Shown: positions 35,781-50,844, counted from the first letter of the whole stretch. The stretch is DNA of 63,927 nt, filler included, from Octopus bimaculoides (GCF_001194135.2; 6 parts of 6 records of this genome joined end to end with filler, not necessarily neighbours in it), one strand, 5' to 3'. A program made the numbers and translations. Notes: a model not told the origin generated them from the letters alone.

Positions 35781-37921
35781 TAACTCTGCTATCATTAACA
35801 GCAATTATACAATCACTACAACAACAAAACAAAATACGAGGCAATAACAAAACACATACAACTAAGACAAAAAAAAAACAAAACAAAACAAAACAAAAAA
35901 AATAATGGAAACTACAAGGCAATCACAATTAATTTCAAGTCAAAACTTAACAAAGAACAAAGACTAATATAGCATTTAGACCTCCAGTATTTATGTCAAC
36001 AGCTATGTTGAACAGCTTGTAGGGGAGAGGGTAGTGGTAGTGGTGGTGGTGGTGGAGATGGATCGTGTGGCGGTGGTGGAGGAGACGTAACTGAGTGATG
36101 ATGATGATGATGGTGGTGGTGNNNNNNNNNNNNNNNNNNNNNNNNNNNNNNNNNNNNNNNNNNNNNNNNNNNNNNNNNNNNNNNNNNNNNNNNNNNNNNN
36201 NNNNNNNNNNNNNNNNNNNNNNNNNNNNNNNNNNNNNNNNNNNNNNNNNNNNNNNNNNNNNNNNNNNNNNNNNNNNNNNNNNNNNNNNNNNNNNNNNNNN
36301 NNNNNNNNNNNNNNNNNNNNNNNNNNNNNNNNNNNNNNNNNNNNNNNNNNNNNNNNNNNNNNNNNNNNNNNNNNNNNNNNNNNNNNNNNNNNNNNNNNNN
36401 NNNNNNNNNNNNNNNNNNNNNNNNNNNNNNNNNNNNNNNNNNNNNNNNNNNNNNNNNNNNNNNNNNNNNNNNNNNNNNNNNNNNNNNNNNNNNNNNNNNN
36501 NNNNNNNNNNNNNNNNNNNNNNNNNNNNNNNNNNNNNNNNNNNNNNNNNNNNNNNNNNNNNNNNNNNNNNNNNNNNNNNNNNNNNNNNNNNNNNNNNNNN
36601 NNNNNNNNNNNNNNNNNNNNNNNNNNNNNNNNNNNNNNNNNNNNNNNNNNNNNNNNNNNNNNNNNNNNNNNNNNNNNNNNNNNNNNNNNNNNNNNNNNNN
36701 NNNNNNNNNNNNNNNNNNNNNNNNNNNNNNNNNNNNNNNNNNNNNNNNNNNNNNNNNNNNNNNNNNNNNNNNNNNNNNNNNNNNNNNNNNNNNNNNNNNN
36801 NNNNNNNNNNNNNNNNNNNNNNNNNNNNNNNNNNNNNNNNNNNNNNNNNNTAACATGAGACTTTGCTGACATTTGGCTTGATTTAACAGGCATCTAAGCA
36901 TTAAAATGAGAGGTGTAGCTGTCAACCTTCCTTCACCTCTCACCCCTCCTCTCTCTCTCTCAGCTGAACAATAAAAAAAAAAAACAGCAAACAAAGAAGA
37001 CAAAAAATACATATAATAATAATAATAATAAAAATAATAATGGTTTCATAAACAATCAAATAAATAAAGCTCTAGGTTCTGCTTATCTTCTGTGTGTGCA
37101 TAAAGGGGTGAATGGTGTCTTTAAATAAAACAGCAGAATATAATTACAATAACACATCACTCACTCATATACACGAACGCACTCACACATGCACGCATAA
37201 AGTCCTAAAAGAAAAAAAGACAGTGAAGAGTACTAAAAAAAACCCCTACAAAATCCAATGCTGAAACAACAACACAAAAGCCAACAACTAAGGAAAGGAA
37301 GAAAGGATGAATGAGAGGAACCCCCTTTGCCCTCCCCCCTTTCCTCTCCACTCTGCTCCCTGTTCTTCATGTTAATAACAACTAGAACAAGCTATGAAAT
37401 TATTGGGTATATGACTCATAAATCTGGTATGTTTTGCCTGTTTAAAGATTCTACATCTTGAGATGGGGGTTTCTTCTGTTCCTCCCGCTTCCTTTTTTTA
37501 CAACAGCAACAACAACAATAATGATAGTAGTGACAATAAACTAAAAGGGAAATGAAAAATAAATAAATAAATAAGACAGTAGGAAAATATCTTCCAAACT
37601 GCCCCTATCCCCTCCTCAGAGAAAAAAAAAATCTTTGAACATGCTCACCCCACTTACTAACAAATATCCCCACCACCACCACTACCACTACATTCTTCGC
37701 GGACTTTTATCTTATCAGAAATGGCCTACAATTGCTGCACATGTGTGTACATATATGTAAGGACACATTCAGAAATCCCCCCCCCCCACTAGAAAAGGGG
37801 TTTTTTGTCTGCTAATTGCATGGATAATCTCAATTAACCGATGTTTTTCAGCTCAACTATGTTTGCATATAGAGTGAGGGCATGTGACCTAGTGGTTAGG
37901 ACGTTGCTATTTGCGACTGCA

Positions 37922-38215
37922 ACATCATCATCAGCATTTAATGCACATTCTCCATGCTGGCATGGGTTAGACAGCTTGACAGGAACTGGTAAGGCCAGGA
38001 GCCACACTAGGCCCCATAATCTGTTTTGGCATGGTTTCTACAGCTGGATGCCCTTCCTAACAGCTTTACAGTGTGAACTGAGTGCTTTTTACTTAGCATC
38101 AGTTCCAATGCTTTTCACTTGGCACCGACCAGCACCAGTGCTTTTTACACGGCATCAGTGCTTTTTATGTGGCCCCAGCACCCACACCAGTGCTTTTTAC
38201 ATGGCACCTTGGTTT
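37922..38215 (-). mobile_element. RTE-tailed SINE-like element (family E), decayed
   Basis: catcatca...ccatgctggcatgggtt...cagctggatgcccttcctaac and repeated gtgctttt-ac-tggcacc units. Confidence 0.7.
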
Positions 38216-38477
38216 TAGGATAACAATTTTGTTGTGACGGGTGAGTATAGCAATGCGCCCATCCTCAGGAAGGGCAGTGCGTTGTATTCTTGAACAAAGC
38301 ATTTCATCTTGCGTTGCTCTGCAATCATTTTGACATCTGACTTGTGATACACCTTGCACTTGTACACGTGATGCTCATTATGAACTAATCACTTGTGCAG
38401 CAGCTTGCCCAGTATGAAATTGCAGAATTGTCTTTCTCAGACTCAGCAGATGACCAATAGCAACATTTACTCTACTC

Positions 38478-38988
38478 CAGTGTTTCTCAACCAGGGTCCA
38501 TATGGCTCATAGAGGTCCCTATAAAATTTCGTTAAAATTTATGTGTAATAAATTCCTTGTACTTCTACAATACACAAAATATTTTGGTAATTTTTTTTTT
38601 TTATACAATTCCTAATAATATTTAATTATAAAAATATAATAGGTTTTTTTAAAACATCAGTTGGCTAGGAGGGTCTATCTGGAATCAAAGGGGTCCATCA
38701 TCATCATCATCGTTTAACGCACATTTTCCATGCTGGCATGGGTTGGATGGTTCGACTGGGGTCTGGGAAGCCAAGAGGCTGCACCAGGCTCCAGTCTGAT
38801 CTGGCAGTGTTTCTACAGCTGGATGCCCTCCCTAACGCCAACCACTCCGAGAGTGTAGTGAGTGCTTTTTGTACGTGCCACCGGAAACAAGGGCCAGAGG
38901 GAGCTGGCATCGACCACGATCAGATTGTGCTTTTTATGTGCTACCAGCACAGGAGCCATTGGTAAAAAAAAATGGTTAAGAAGCACTG
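38478..38988 (+). mobile_element. hAT-type MITE, copy 3, interrupted by a family E element (about 38698-38955)
   Basis: cagtgtttctcaacc...tggttaagaagcactg; flanks ctctactc / ctctgcct; the insert begins (cat)n cgtttaacg. Confidence 0.8.
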
Positions 38989-39219
38989 CTCTGCCTTATT
39001 TTAATTTTGCATGCAGAACGCTACTCTGAGCTATTTCTCCCATCCCACCCTTCCTCATCAATAATGTTGTTCACACTCAGAGATTCTTGAGAGCTGAAAT
39101 ATCAGGAGTAATCTAAGTTATTCTGCTCTTTGTCTTTTATATTTTCAACGCACACACACACATACATGACCTCCGTATCAATTTCTTTCGACTCTTTTCC
39201 TTTAAGTGAAAATAAATAT

Positions 39220-39885
39220 TCTATATCTATGTTGACAGTAATTTTATCAACTATATCTCTATGTTGACTGTTGTGTCACCTCTAACGATGTTGACAGTAA
39301 TTTTGTCACCAACTGTATCTGTTGACAGTTGTTGCATCACCTATAACTATATTGACAGTATTTCATGTCACCTCTAACAATGTTAATATTTATTTATGTC
39401 ATTTCTGACAATGTTGACATCACATATTGCTAATGTGTATGCTGGTGTGTATTTAAGACATGCATATTTTTATTATATAAAACAAAATGTCAGCATACAT
39501 CTAATGCAACTGTATTACAGATGGAATACCAAGTGTATAAGTGTATGATGAAACACTAAATTTGATTTTTTTTCCCCAACAAAATAACTCTTTTCCACAA
39601 AACAAAATGTAGGAGTTTGTCTTATGTGAGAATGTATCATGTATACTGGCAAATACAGTATGTGAACAGTACTTATGTCAGTCACCTCTGACAGTGTAGA
39701 CAGTATTTGTGTCACCTCTATGTTGACCATAATAGTGTCACTTATACCTCTGGTGACAGTAGATCTTGTCACCTAAGAATGTTAGTGGTAGCTGTGTCAG
39801 TCTACATCAATGTTGACAATAGTCGTCATCTGTAACTATTTTGTGAGTGGTTGTGTCACTTCCTCTAAGCTATGTTGACAAACAG
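39220..39885. repeat. Degenerate ~25-30 bp minisatellite (tgttgacagta...tgtcacct) in two blocks
   Basis: Units at 39230-39400 and 39665-39885. Confidence 0.65.
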
Positions 39886-40409
39886 TACTACCCCCCTCTC
39901 TCTCATTCTCTCTCTCTCTCACTCTCACTCTCTCTCACTCTCACTCTCTCTCTATCTCTCTCTCCAAATATGTTGACAGTAGTTGACTCTCCCCGTCATC
40001 ACTTTTCACTCACTAATGCTCCCTGCTTCTGGCTTTGATGGAAGACATTCTGAGATTACACCAATGGGTCATACTTGACCCTTGTGTTTTATTGTCTCCT
40101 GCACAAACACTGGGACAGGGTGTGGCTTGTGTTGATGGAGATGAGTGTTACGAGAGGTGATGGAAAGGGCAGAGAAAGGAAACTGTCTCTTGTCATTTTA
40201 ATTGACTGTATACATTGTGTGTGTATACATGTGTGCATTTTCATATGCATCTATCTCGGCTTGTTTGTGTGTGTGTGTGTGTGCATGTATATATATAGGA
40301 AGCACTTTGAACTTACTTCGTGTGGTTACACCTATCTGTCAACAGCAGAATTTTTCTCCATGACAAAATACAGTGAATGGCTTTTTTAGGGGTTCAAATA
40401 TGCCTTAAG

Positions 40410-40449
<40 letters not shown>

Positions 40450-40479
40450 ATTTGCATACGAATCTATTTAACTGACATA

Positions 40480-40864
40480 AGTATGTATCTCTAGCTTGCT
40501 TACCAACCACATGGTTCTGGGTTCAGTCCCACTGCGTGGCACCTTGGGCAAGTGTCTTCTACTATTATAGCCTTGGGCCGACCAAAGCCTTGTGATTGGA
40601 TTTGGTAGACGGAAACTGAAAGAAGCCCGCCGTACATGTATGTATATATGCGCATATGTTTGTGTATCTGTGTTTGTCCCCGCCCCCAACATCGCTTGAC
40701 AACCAATGCTGGTGTATTTCCCTGTATTTTAGCGGTTTGGCAAGGGAAACCGATTTAATAAGTACTAGGCTTACAAAGAATAAGTCCTGGCGTCGATTTG
40801 CTCGACTAAAGGCAGTGCTCCAGCATGGCCGCAGTCAAATGACTGAAACAATTAAAAGTATAAA
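40480..40864 (+). mobile_element. Nearly full-length SINE family C
   Basis: agcttgcttaccaaccacatggttctgggttcagtcccactgcgtggcaccttgggcaag...cagcatggccgcagtcaaatgactgaaac. Confidence 0.9.
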
Positions 40865-41479
40865 NNNNNNNNNNNNNNNNNNNNNNNNNNNNNNNNNNNN
40901 NNNNNNNNNNNNNNNNNNNNNNNNNNNNNNNNNNNNNNNNNNNNNNNNNNNNNNNNNNNNNNNNNNNNNNNNNNNNNNNNNNNNNNNNNNNNNNNNNNNN
41001 NNNNNNNNNNNNNNNNNNNNNNNNNNNNNNNNNNNNNNNNNNNNNNNNNNNNNNNNNNNNNNNNNNNNNNNNNNNNNNNNNNNNNNNNNNNNNNNNNNNN
41101 NNNNNNNNNNNNNNNNNNNNNNNNNNNNNNNNNNNNNNNNNNNNNNNNNNNNNNNNNNNNNNNNNNNNNNNNNNNNNNNNNNNNNNNNNNNNNNNNNNNN
41201 NNNNNNNNNNNNNNNNNNNNNNNNNNNNNNNNNNNNNNNNNNNNNNNNNNNNNNNNNNNNNNNNNNNNNNNNNNNNNNNNNNNNNNNNNNNNNNNNNNNN
41301 NNNNNNNNNNNNNNNNNNNNNNNNNNNNNNNNNNNNNNCTTAAAAATCTTCTAAAAATACAAAAAAAAAAGGCTGCTTTTTTTCTTTTTCTTTTTTTTGC
41401 CAACCTTTTTTTAATACTTACTACTACTACTACTACTAAGAAGGTTGCGTGTGTGTGTGATTTAAAAATACATTTGAGG

Positions 41480-41977
41480 AAGTGGGGGGGAAAAAGCACC
41501 AGAAAACAATTGATGTGAGTGCACACGCACGCACACACATTCATGCACGTGTGCGCGCGCACACACACACACACACACCATCTCCCACATGCATACACAC
41601 TCGCTTTCGCAAACACCAACACACTCATGCATACACATACACATTTACGCATATGTGCACACACACATACATTTATATGCATACGCATACACATTTATGC
41701 ATATATGCACACACATTCACACAACACACACACACACATGCATTATTCATATAAACACATTCACACGCATTTACATGGCATTCACACACACACACACACA
41801 CATAGACACTATTACACATTCACTGATAATATTCACACATACACTGTTACACATTCACATACATGCCTACACAATATTTTCACACGTACACACCATTACA
41901 CATTCACACACATTAATTCTCTCACAGTATTTTCATGCACATACTATTTACACATCCACAATACATGCTTACACAAT

Positions 41978-42020
<43 letters not shown>

Positions 42021-42374
42021 TGCACACACACACACACACACACACGTGTGCACACACACGTGTGCACACACACACGTGCGCACACACACACGTGCGCACA
42101 CACACACTAACCCTCATTCCAAATCACTCTGCAAATTTCTTTTAATTTTNNNNNNNNNNNNNNNNNNNNNNNNNNNNNNNNNNNNNNNNNNNNTTAATTA
42201 ATTAANNNNNNNNNNNNNNNNNNNNNNNNNNNNNNNNNNNNNNNNNNNNTATATATATATATATATATATATGAAAATGTATATTGTTATGTTGTGACTA
42301 CATGTAAATACATGTGTATGTATACTTTCATGCGTATAAACCTAGGCATATCTACATATGTACTTATATATGTG

Positions 42375-42405
<31 letters not shown>

Positions 42406-42889
42406 ACATATATGTATATTTATATATTGACATTTGTGAATATATGTATATATATAAACATATACACGTATATATACATAGATATAAATACGTGTATATA
42501 CAAACACAGACAACAACACACTCACACACACATATATATATATATATGGTCGATGTTGTATAATGTGGCTGAAGCATAAAGTGAGTATGTTATCCCGTAT
42601 TCCAATTTATGAAACACTTAATTCACTGACTTTGTAGCATATTGTTAAAATTGTTCATACACACATACATAGATACATGCACACATACACACACACACAC
42701 ACACGCAAACATATTATTTACAGAGCAAAATACGTGAATTCAAATTACTACATTATTGAAGTAAAATAATAAGCCGTGTGTGTGTGTGTGTTCCTGTGTG
42801 TTTGTGTGAAGAAAAATCGCATGCTCATGAAATGAAGTATAGATAGACACACATACATTCGAATATAGATAACACTGGAAACAGAATAA

Positions 42890-42924
<35 letters not shown>

Positions 42925-43744
42925 CGATGTGGTTTTTAAAGTCATGTAGAGATTCGCAAGCGCTACATAATAGACAGATAAATTGCTAAATGTAAAGCAG
43001 AAAAAAAGGCTTGGAATTGTGGTTATAGAAGTCAATATACAAATATATATATATATATATATATATCGTGAGAAAGAGAAGAGAGAGAGAGGGGGGTAAT
43101 TTAGATGTTTGTGTGCATGTGTATGTGTGTATGAGACAGTCAGTCTGACAGACAGTGGTACTGTTGGCCAAAGATTCGGATAAGAGAGCTTAGTTGTGTT
43201 CAAATTGACTGAGAGCGAGAGAGAGAGAGAGAGAGAGAAGGAGCGTGGGAGGGAATGAATGCCGGGGGGAGCGAAAGAGAGAGTAAGGAAGATAAACACA
43301 AGATTGTATACGCACTCACAAACCGATCACAGCATACACGCGTAAACACATACTTACACACATGGAATGACAGGCATACGGGAACGCCAAAAACGCACAC
43401 GAGATCATACACACATATATATATATATACATATATAAGTGTGTGTGTGTATACACATACACTCACACTTATACGCATATACGTAAAGGCACTCATCTAA
43501 ACACTCGCACACATATTCCTATCAATTTTGATAGGTACTTACGTTAAGTACAGGATTCGCTGACATGTAAGCTAAACGCACACACATATAGACATACATA
43601 TATATATATATATATATATATCAATAAATGTATGCATATATATATATATATTTGTGCGTACGATTTTTATACACACACATTTAATGTTGACATACTTATA
43701 CAAGCTCACATACAGGCATATATTCACGTAGTTGTGGGTGTGTT

Positions 43745-43791
<47 letters not shown>

Positions 43792-44679
43792 CTAGATGGA
43801 CAGACAGACAGATAGATAGTTGGGTCGATTGATAGCAATACGATGATGGATCGACATATATATGTATGCACATATATACATATATATATATATATGTATA
43901 TATATATGTATCTATGTATCTATGTATACATATGTAAAGAGAACGAGAGAGAGAGATACATACATACACAAAGAATTATATATATATATATANNNNNNNN
44001 NNNNNNNNNNNNNNNNNNNNNNNNNNNNNNNNNNNNNNNNNNNNNNNNNNNNNNNNNNNNNNNNNNNNNNNNNNNNNNNNNNNNNNNNNNNNNNNNNNNN
44101 NNNNNNNNNNNNNNNNNNNNNNNNNNNNNNNNNNNNNNNNNNNNNNNNNNNNNNNNNNNNNNNNNNNNNNNNNNNNNNNNNNNNNNNNNNNNNNNNNNNN
44201 NNNNNNNNNNNNNNNNNNNNNNNNNNNNNNNNNNNNNNNNNNNNNNNNNNNNNNNNNNNNNNNNNNNNNNNNNNNNNNNNNNNNNNNNNNNNNNNNNNNN
44301 NNNNNNNNNNNNNNNNNNNNNNNNNNNNNNNNNNNNNNNNNNNNNNNNNNNNNNNNNNNNNNNNNNNNNNNNNNNNNNNNNNNNNNNNNNNNNNNNNNNN
44401 NNNNNNNNNNNNNNNNNNNNNNNNNNNNNNNNNNNNNNNNNNNNNNNNNNNNNNNNNNNNNNNNNNNNNNNNNNNNNNNNNNNNNNNNNNNNNNNNNNNN
44501 NNNNNNNNNNNNNNNNNNNNNNNNNNNNNNNNNNNNNNNNNNNNNNNNNNNNNNNNNNNNNNNNNNNNNNNNNNNNNNNNNNNNNNNNNNNNNNNNNNNN
44601 NNNNNNNNNNNNNNNNNNNNNNNNNNNNNNNNNNNNNNNNNNNNNNNNNNNNNNNNNNNNNNNNNNNNNNNNNNNNNNN

Positions 44680-44724
<45 letters not shown>

Positions 44725-45164
44725 GTCATATATATGTGTGTATATATATGGACACACATACACGTGCGTATGTATGATAGTATGTACGTATTATATAATA
44801 TATGTTTATAGTATATATAATGTATATCTTTATGTTATGTATGTGCATCTATATCTATATATTATATACTAATGTATATATATATTATATGTAAGTCATC
44901 ACTATATATTTATGATTAAAGGTTAAATATAAACATATATATATATACACATATATGATATATATGTATATATAATATATATACACATATATATATAATA
45001 TATATACATATATATATGTATATATATATATAGAATATATGTTATATATTTATACATATATATATGACATATATATAATATATATACATATATAATATAT
45101 ATATATATACATATATAATATATATATATATACATATATATATGATATATATATATAATATATG

Positions 45165-45197
<33 letters not shown>

Positions 45198-46062
45198 NNN
45201 NNNNNNNNNNNNNNNNNNNNNNNNNNNNNNNNNNNNNNNNNNNNNNNNNNNNNNNNNNNNNNNNNNNNNNNNNNNNNNNNNNNNNNNNNNNNNNNNNNNN
45301 NNNNNNNNNNNNNNNNNNNNNNNNNNNNNNNNNNNNNNNNNNNNNNNNNNNNNNNNNNNNNNNNNNNNNNNNNNNNNNNNNNNNNNNNNNNNNNNNNNNN
45401 NNNNNNNNNNNNNNNNNNNNNNNNNNNNNNNNNNNNNNNNNNNNNNNNNNNNNNNNNNNNNNNNNNNNNNNNNNNNNNNNNNNNNNNNNNNNNNNNNNNN
45501 NNNNNNNNNNNNNNNNNNNNNNNNNNNNNNNNNNNNNNNNNNNNNNNNNNNNNNNNNNNNNNNNNNNNNNNNNNNNNNNNNNNNNNNNNNNNNNNNNNNN
45601 NNNNNNNNNNNNNNNNNNNNNNNNNNNNNNNNNNNNNNNNNNNNNNNNNNNNNNNNNNNNNNNNNNNNNNNNNNNNNNNNNNNNNNNNNNNNNNNNNNNN
45701 NNNNNNNNNNNNNNNNNNNNNNNNNNNNNNNNNNNNNNNNNNNNNNNNNNNNNNNNNNNNNNNNNNNNNNNNNNNNNNNNNNNNNNNNNNNNNNNNNNNN
45801 NNNNNNNNNNNNNNNNNNNNNNNNNNNNNNNNNNNNNNNNNNNNNNNNNNNNNNNNNNNNNNNNNNNNNNNNNNNNNNNNNNNNNNNNNNNNNNNNNNNN
45901 NNNNNNNNNNNNNNNNNNNNNNNNNNNNNNNNNNNNNNNNNNNNNNNNNNNNNNNNNNNNNNNNNNNNNNNNNNNNNNNNNNNNNNNNNNNNNNNNNNNN
46001 NNNNNNNNNNNNNNNNNNNNNNNNNNNNNNNNNNNNNNNNNNNNNNNNNNNNNNNNNNNNNN

Positions 46063-46093
<31 letters not shown>

Positions 46094-46555
46094 ATATATA
46101 ATATATATATAAATATGTAAATATATAATATATATATATATATATGTCTAATATATATATGATATATATATATAATATATACATATATATGTGTGTGTAT
46201 GTATAACATATATACTATATGTATACACGTGTATGTTTGCGTACGTACCAATGCGTGTGGTCGTAGTGATCCCGTATTAGTTTATGCAATGCAGATGATC
46301 ATATTTACATACAAACAACTGTTTCTCGTTTACCGCACTTACATATGCGAATACATCCACACATACTGTCCCTGTCATTGTGTGTAAACATTTGCGGATG
46401 TTTATATCCACACAGTTGTATACCAACACATTTGTATACGCACACATGCATGTATATATACCGGGAGAAAAGGGGGGGGAGAGAGGGAGAAATACACCAA
46501 CTGACAGAACATTCGAACATTATGTATATGTATACACACATATATATGTGTGTTA

Positions 46556-46600
<45 letters not shown>
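41480..46600. repeat. Microsatellite-dominated block: (CA)n, (TA)n, (GA)n, (GATA)n and several gaps
   Basis: Mostly simple repeats by direct reading; (GATA)n at about 43746-43790; long degenerate (TA)n at 44680-46190. Confidence 0.9.
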
Positions 46601-46607
<7 letters not shown>

Positions 46608-47164
46608 TGCGTGTTTGGGAGGTCATTCTGCCCACGTTAACGGTCATTAGCTTGTTAAATTAGATTTGAAAACTGACATTCGGNNNNNNNNNNNNNNNNN
46701 NNNNNNNNNNNNNNNNNNNNNNNNNNNNNNNNNNNNNNNNNNNNNNNNNNNNNNNNNNNNNNNNNNNNNNNNNNNNNNNNNNNNNNNNNNNNNNNNNNNN
46801 NNNNNNNNNNNNNNNNNNNNNNNNNNNNNNNNNNNNNNNNNNNNNNNNNNNNNNNNNNNNNNNNNNNNNNNNNNNNNNNNNNNNNNNNNNNNNNNNNNNN
46901 NNNNNNNNNNNNNNNNNNNNNNNNNNNNNNNNNNNNNNNNNNNNNNNNNNNNNNNNNNNNNNNNNNNNNNNNNNNNNNNNNNNNNNNNNNNNNNNNNNNN
47001 NNNNNNNNNNNNNNNNNNNNNNGAAAGGATCAGATTTAGAATTATAAGACAGAGATTCTCTTGGAGAATAATAGAGTTATTTATAGATACCGAAAAATTT
47101 CAACCAATATACAATATTTCTCTCTCTCTCTTTCTCTCTTTCTCTTTCTCTCGCATTCGCACAC

Positions 47165-47207
<43 letters not shown>

Positions 47208-47219
47208 GTATGTTCCTTT

Positions 47220-47415
47220 ATCTTTTGCTTGTTTCAATCATTTGACTGTGGCCATGCTGGAACATCGCCTTGTAGTCGAAGAAATCGACCCCTAGACTTA
47301 TTCTTTGAAAGCCTAGTACTTATTCTATCGGCCTGTCTTGCCGAACCGCTAAGTACGGGGATGTAAACGCAACAGCATCGACTGTCAAGCGATGCTGGTG
47401 GGGACAAACACAGAC
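47220..47415 (-). mobile_element. SINE family C, 3' half
   Basis: cttgtttcaatcatttgactgtggccatgctgg...aaccgctaagtacggggatgtaaac. Confidence 0.85.
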
Positions 47416-48588
47416 GCACAAACATACACACACACATATATCTATATATGGCTTTACCGGGTGGAGGTGCTTATCTGCCCTTTTGTAAACATAAGGACAC
47501 AGGAAATGTGTCAAGCCCTCCCCCTCCATCCAATCAACGTTGTCTAAATAGGTGCACAAGTTATCACATGCCATGATTCCTCTGAGTCATAGCAATACTA
47601 ATATCCTGTTGGTAGAAGTTAATATATGCTCTGGAGATGTTGCACAGGCATTCAGCTCTGAGTACACTTTCTTATTTTTTTAATAGAAGTAACAGCTGTA
47701 AGCCATTGAAGTTGATTACGTGACACTTGTCCTTTTGTCATTCATGAATCACACACACACACATACATAAACAAAAATTGATCCATCTTCACAGATGACT
47801 GTAGTCTCTGTGCTTCTTGCTGTCAATAGTATTTCAGACACTCCATCAGTGACCTCCCAGACGATTATCCAATTCTACTTCAGATCTGTATGATTTGATT
47901 TGAAGTGAATGTGACAAACGGAAGTTTTAACTCCAACTTGATTGATCGCATCATTTTGTGAGACATGATTCCTGTGAACCACTACGGGTCACTTCAGACC
48001 CGAAATCGACTCCCAAGCCCTTTCACACACGACACACGTAGAATCACCCGATCTTGGAGGAAAGGAAGGAACGGTTACATACAGAGGACCTTTCAGGGGA
48101 CTTCAAATGCTTCACGAACCCAGCATTGGAAAAAAAAAAAAAAAGAAAACACAGCCACAGGTTTCCCATTTCTAGCGCTTTATCTTTTTCAAGATAACCC
48201 CCATCGAAACAAGCGCTCTAAGTTTTCATGCTCAATGCGGCCCTCTTCAAGAGTTTTACAACCTTTCCTTATCCAATTCCTCCATTCGACTCCTTCCAAA
48301 TCTCATTCTTCTTGCTTCTTTACTTTGATTCGCTGCTCATTCTCGTTGCCTTAGAATACAGTCTTTGTACGATTATTATTGCGGGGTTTTTTTNNNNNNN
48401 NNNNNNNNNNNNNNNNNNNNNNNNNNNNNNNNNNNNNNNNNNNNNNNNNNNNNNNNNNNNNNNNNNNNNNNNNNNNNNNNNNNNNNNNNNNNNNNNNNNN
48501 NNNNNNNNNNNNNNNNNNNNNNNNNNNNNNNNNNNNNNNNNNNNNNNNNNNNNNNNNNNNNNNNNNNNNNNNNNNNNNNNNNNNNNNN

Positions 48589-48623
<35 letters not shown>

Positions 48624-48790
48624 ACAAATATATTCACATGTATATACATATATACATACATGCATAAATAAGTATATATGTATATGCATATATATAAGTA
48701 TATATGTGTGTATATATATATATGTATATATATGCATATATAAGTATATATGTATGTATATATCTAGGTATATACGTATATGTATACACA

Positions 48791-48843
<53 letters not shown>

Positions 48844-48943
48844 CACATATACATATACATACTTATATATATATATATATATAGAGCACAAATCCATATA
48901 TATGTATAGAATGCAGAATATATATACATACATATATATACAT

Positions 48944-48989
<46 letters not shown>

Positions 48990-49340
48990 CAGACACCTGC
49001 CTCAGGGTTCAACAGAACACACCGTCCACCCGCACCACTCCCACCACCCCTACTTACACAACTCTATAATCCTCAATCTACAACTGCTCTTACTAAAGTC
49101 CTTATTCTAATCTGACCTATTTAACCTGTATGACCCTTATTATTTCCAGGGGTCGATTCGGGAGCCAATTATACTGCGCGGATTTCATAACCTATAAACG
49201 ATCCGCGTCCGCCATATATAAGCGTGTGTATGTGCATGTGTTTGCTTGTGTGTGTGTTTATGCGTCAGTATTTGTGTATGTGCGTGTGGTAGTATGTTTG
49301 TCTTTACGTGTATGCAGGATTTTCATCATATATGATATAT

Positions 49341-49382
<42 letters not shown>

Positions 49383-49541
49383 GCGTGTGTGTGTGAGTGA
49401 TTGTGTGTCAGCATACCCACATGTACATATATTAGCATAAATGTATATGTTTGTTTATAATATATGTAAATATATATGTATATATATATTTGTATATATA
49501 TATATATATATCTCACACTCATATCTAGAGAGAAAGATAAA

Positions 49542-49590
<49 letters not shown>

Positions 49591-49639
49591 GTATTAATAT
49601 ATACACATATACTGATAAACAGGTTTGTTATAAATATTT

Positions 49640-49867
49640 TTTATTTCATTGTTTCAGTCATTTTACTGCGGCCATGCTGGAGCACCGGCTTTAGTCGAAC
49701 AAATCGACCCCAGGACCTATTCTTTGTAAGCCTAGTACTTGTTCTATCGGTCTCTTTGCCAAACCGCTAGGTTACGGGGACGTAAACAAACCAGCATCCG
49801 TTTTCAAGCGATGGTGGGGGACAAACACAAATACACACACACACACACACACACACANNNNNNNNNN

Positions 49868-49913
<46 letters not shown>

Positions 49914-50153
49914 GTATTAATATATACACATATACTGATAAACAGGTTTGTTATAAATATTTTTTATTTCATTGTTTCAGTCATTTTACTGCGGCCATGC
50001 TGGAGCACCGGCTTTAGTCGAACAAATCGACCCCAGGACCTATTCTTTGTAAGCCTAGTACTTGTTCTATCGGTCTCTTTGCCAAACCGCTAGGTTACGG
50101 GGACGTAAACAAACCAGCATCCGTTTTCAAGCGATGGTGGGGGACAAACACAA

Positions 50154-50160
<7 letters not shown>
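49640..50160 (-). mobile_element. SINE family C 3' half, present twice as identical copies across a 10-N gap
   Basis: 49545-49857 equals 49868-50180 (offset 323). Confidence 0.85.
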
Positions 50161-50198
<38 letters not shown>

Positions 50199-50782
50199 AA
50201 ACTTTTAGAAGTTGATAAAATAAATACCGGTTGAACATTGAAGTCGATCTAATCTACTGGCCACCACGCCTAAAATTCAGGCCCTGTGCCTATTGTAGGA
50301 AACATTATTATTAGTAGCACTACCAGTCGTATTATTATCATCTTTATAGTCCATGCACTTGGTGCTAGAATTACTAATAAAGTCGACTCAAACATATATG
50401 TGTGCCTGTGAGATTAATGAGTTTCAAAAATGGAGAGATTCAATAGATACAGATTATTTCATCAAATAATTAACATTACCTACAATTGTTTCACTTCGCA
50501 CCCAATTTAAATTACAAATCATATATAATAACCTACGTTTGCATTTTGAGTATTTTGTGCGGAAGTTCTTCAGGGCAAAATGGACATTATAGAGTTTACA
50601 TTTTGATCAGTTGAAATACTCCAACACACTCTATCGTATAAAACAAAAAGTGTACAATTTATGGCTTTCGGTGCAAAAACGTTGTCTTTTGGAAGCCAGG
50701 AATTTGGTTGTGTATATCTTTACATCTTTATACAACGTATGTGAGTGTGGTTATATTTTGCAGTGTCACTGTATGCATGCAC

Positions 50783-50844
<62 letters not shown>

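Noticed and set aside
35996-36121. Minus-strand HHHHHHHHSVTSPPPPP peptide suggesting a transcription-factor tail
   Set aside because: It is explained by (GAT)n and (GGT)n simple repeats; the upstream part is a gap and no domain is visible
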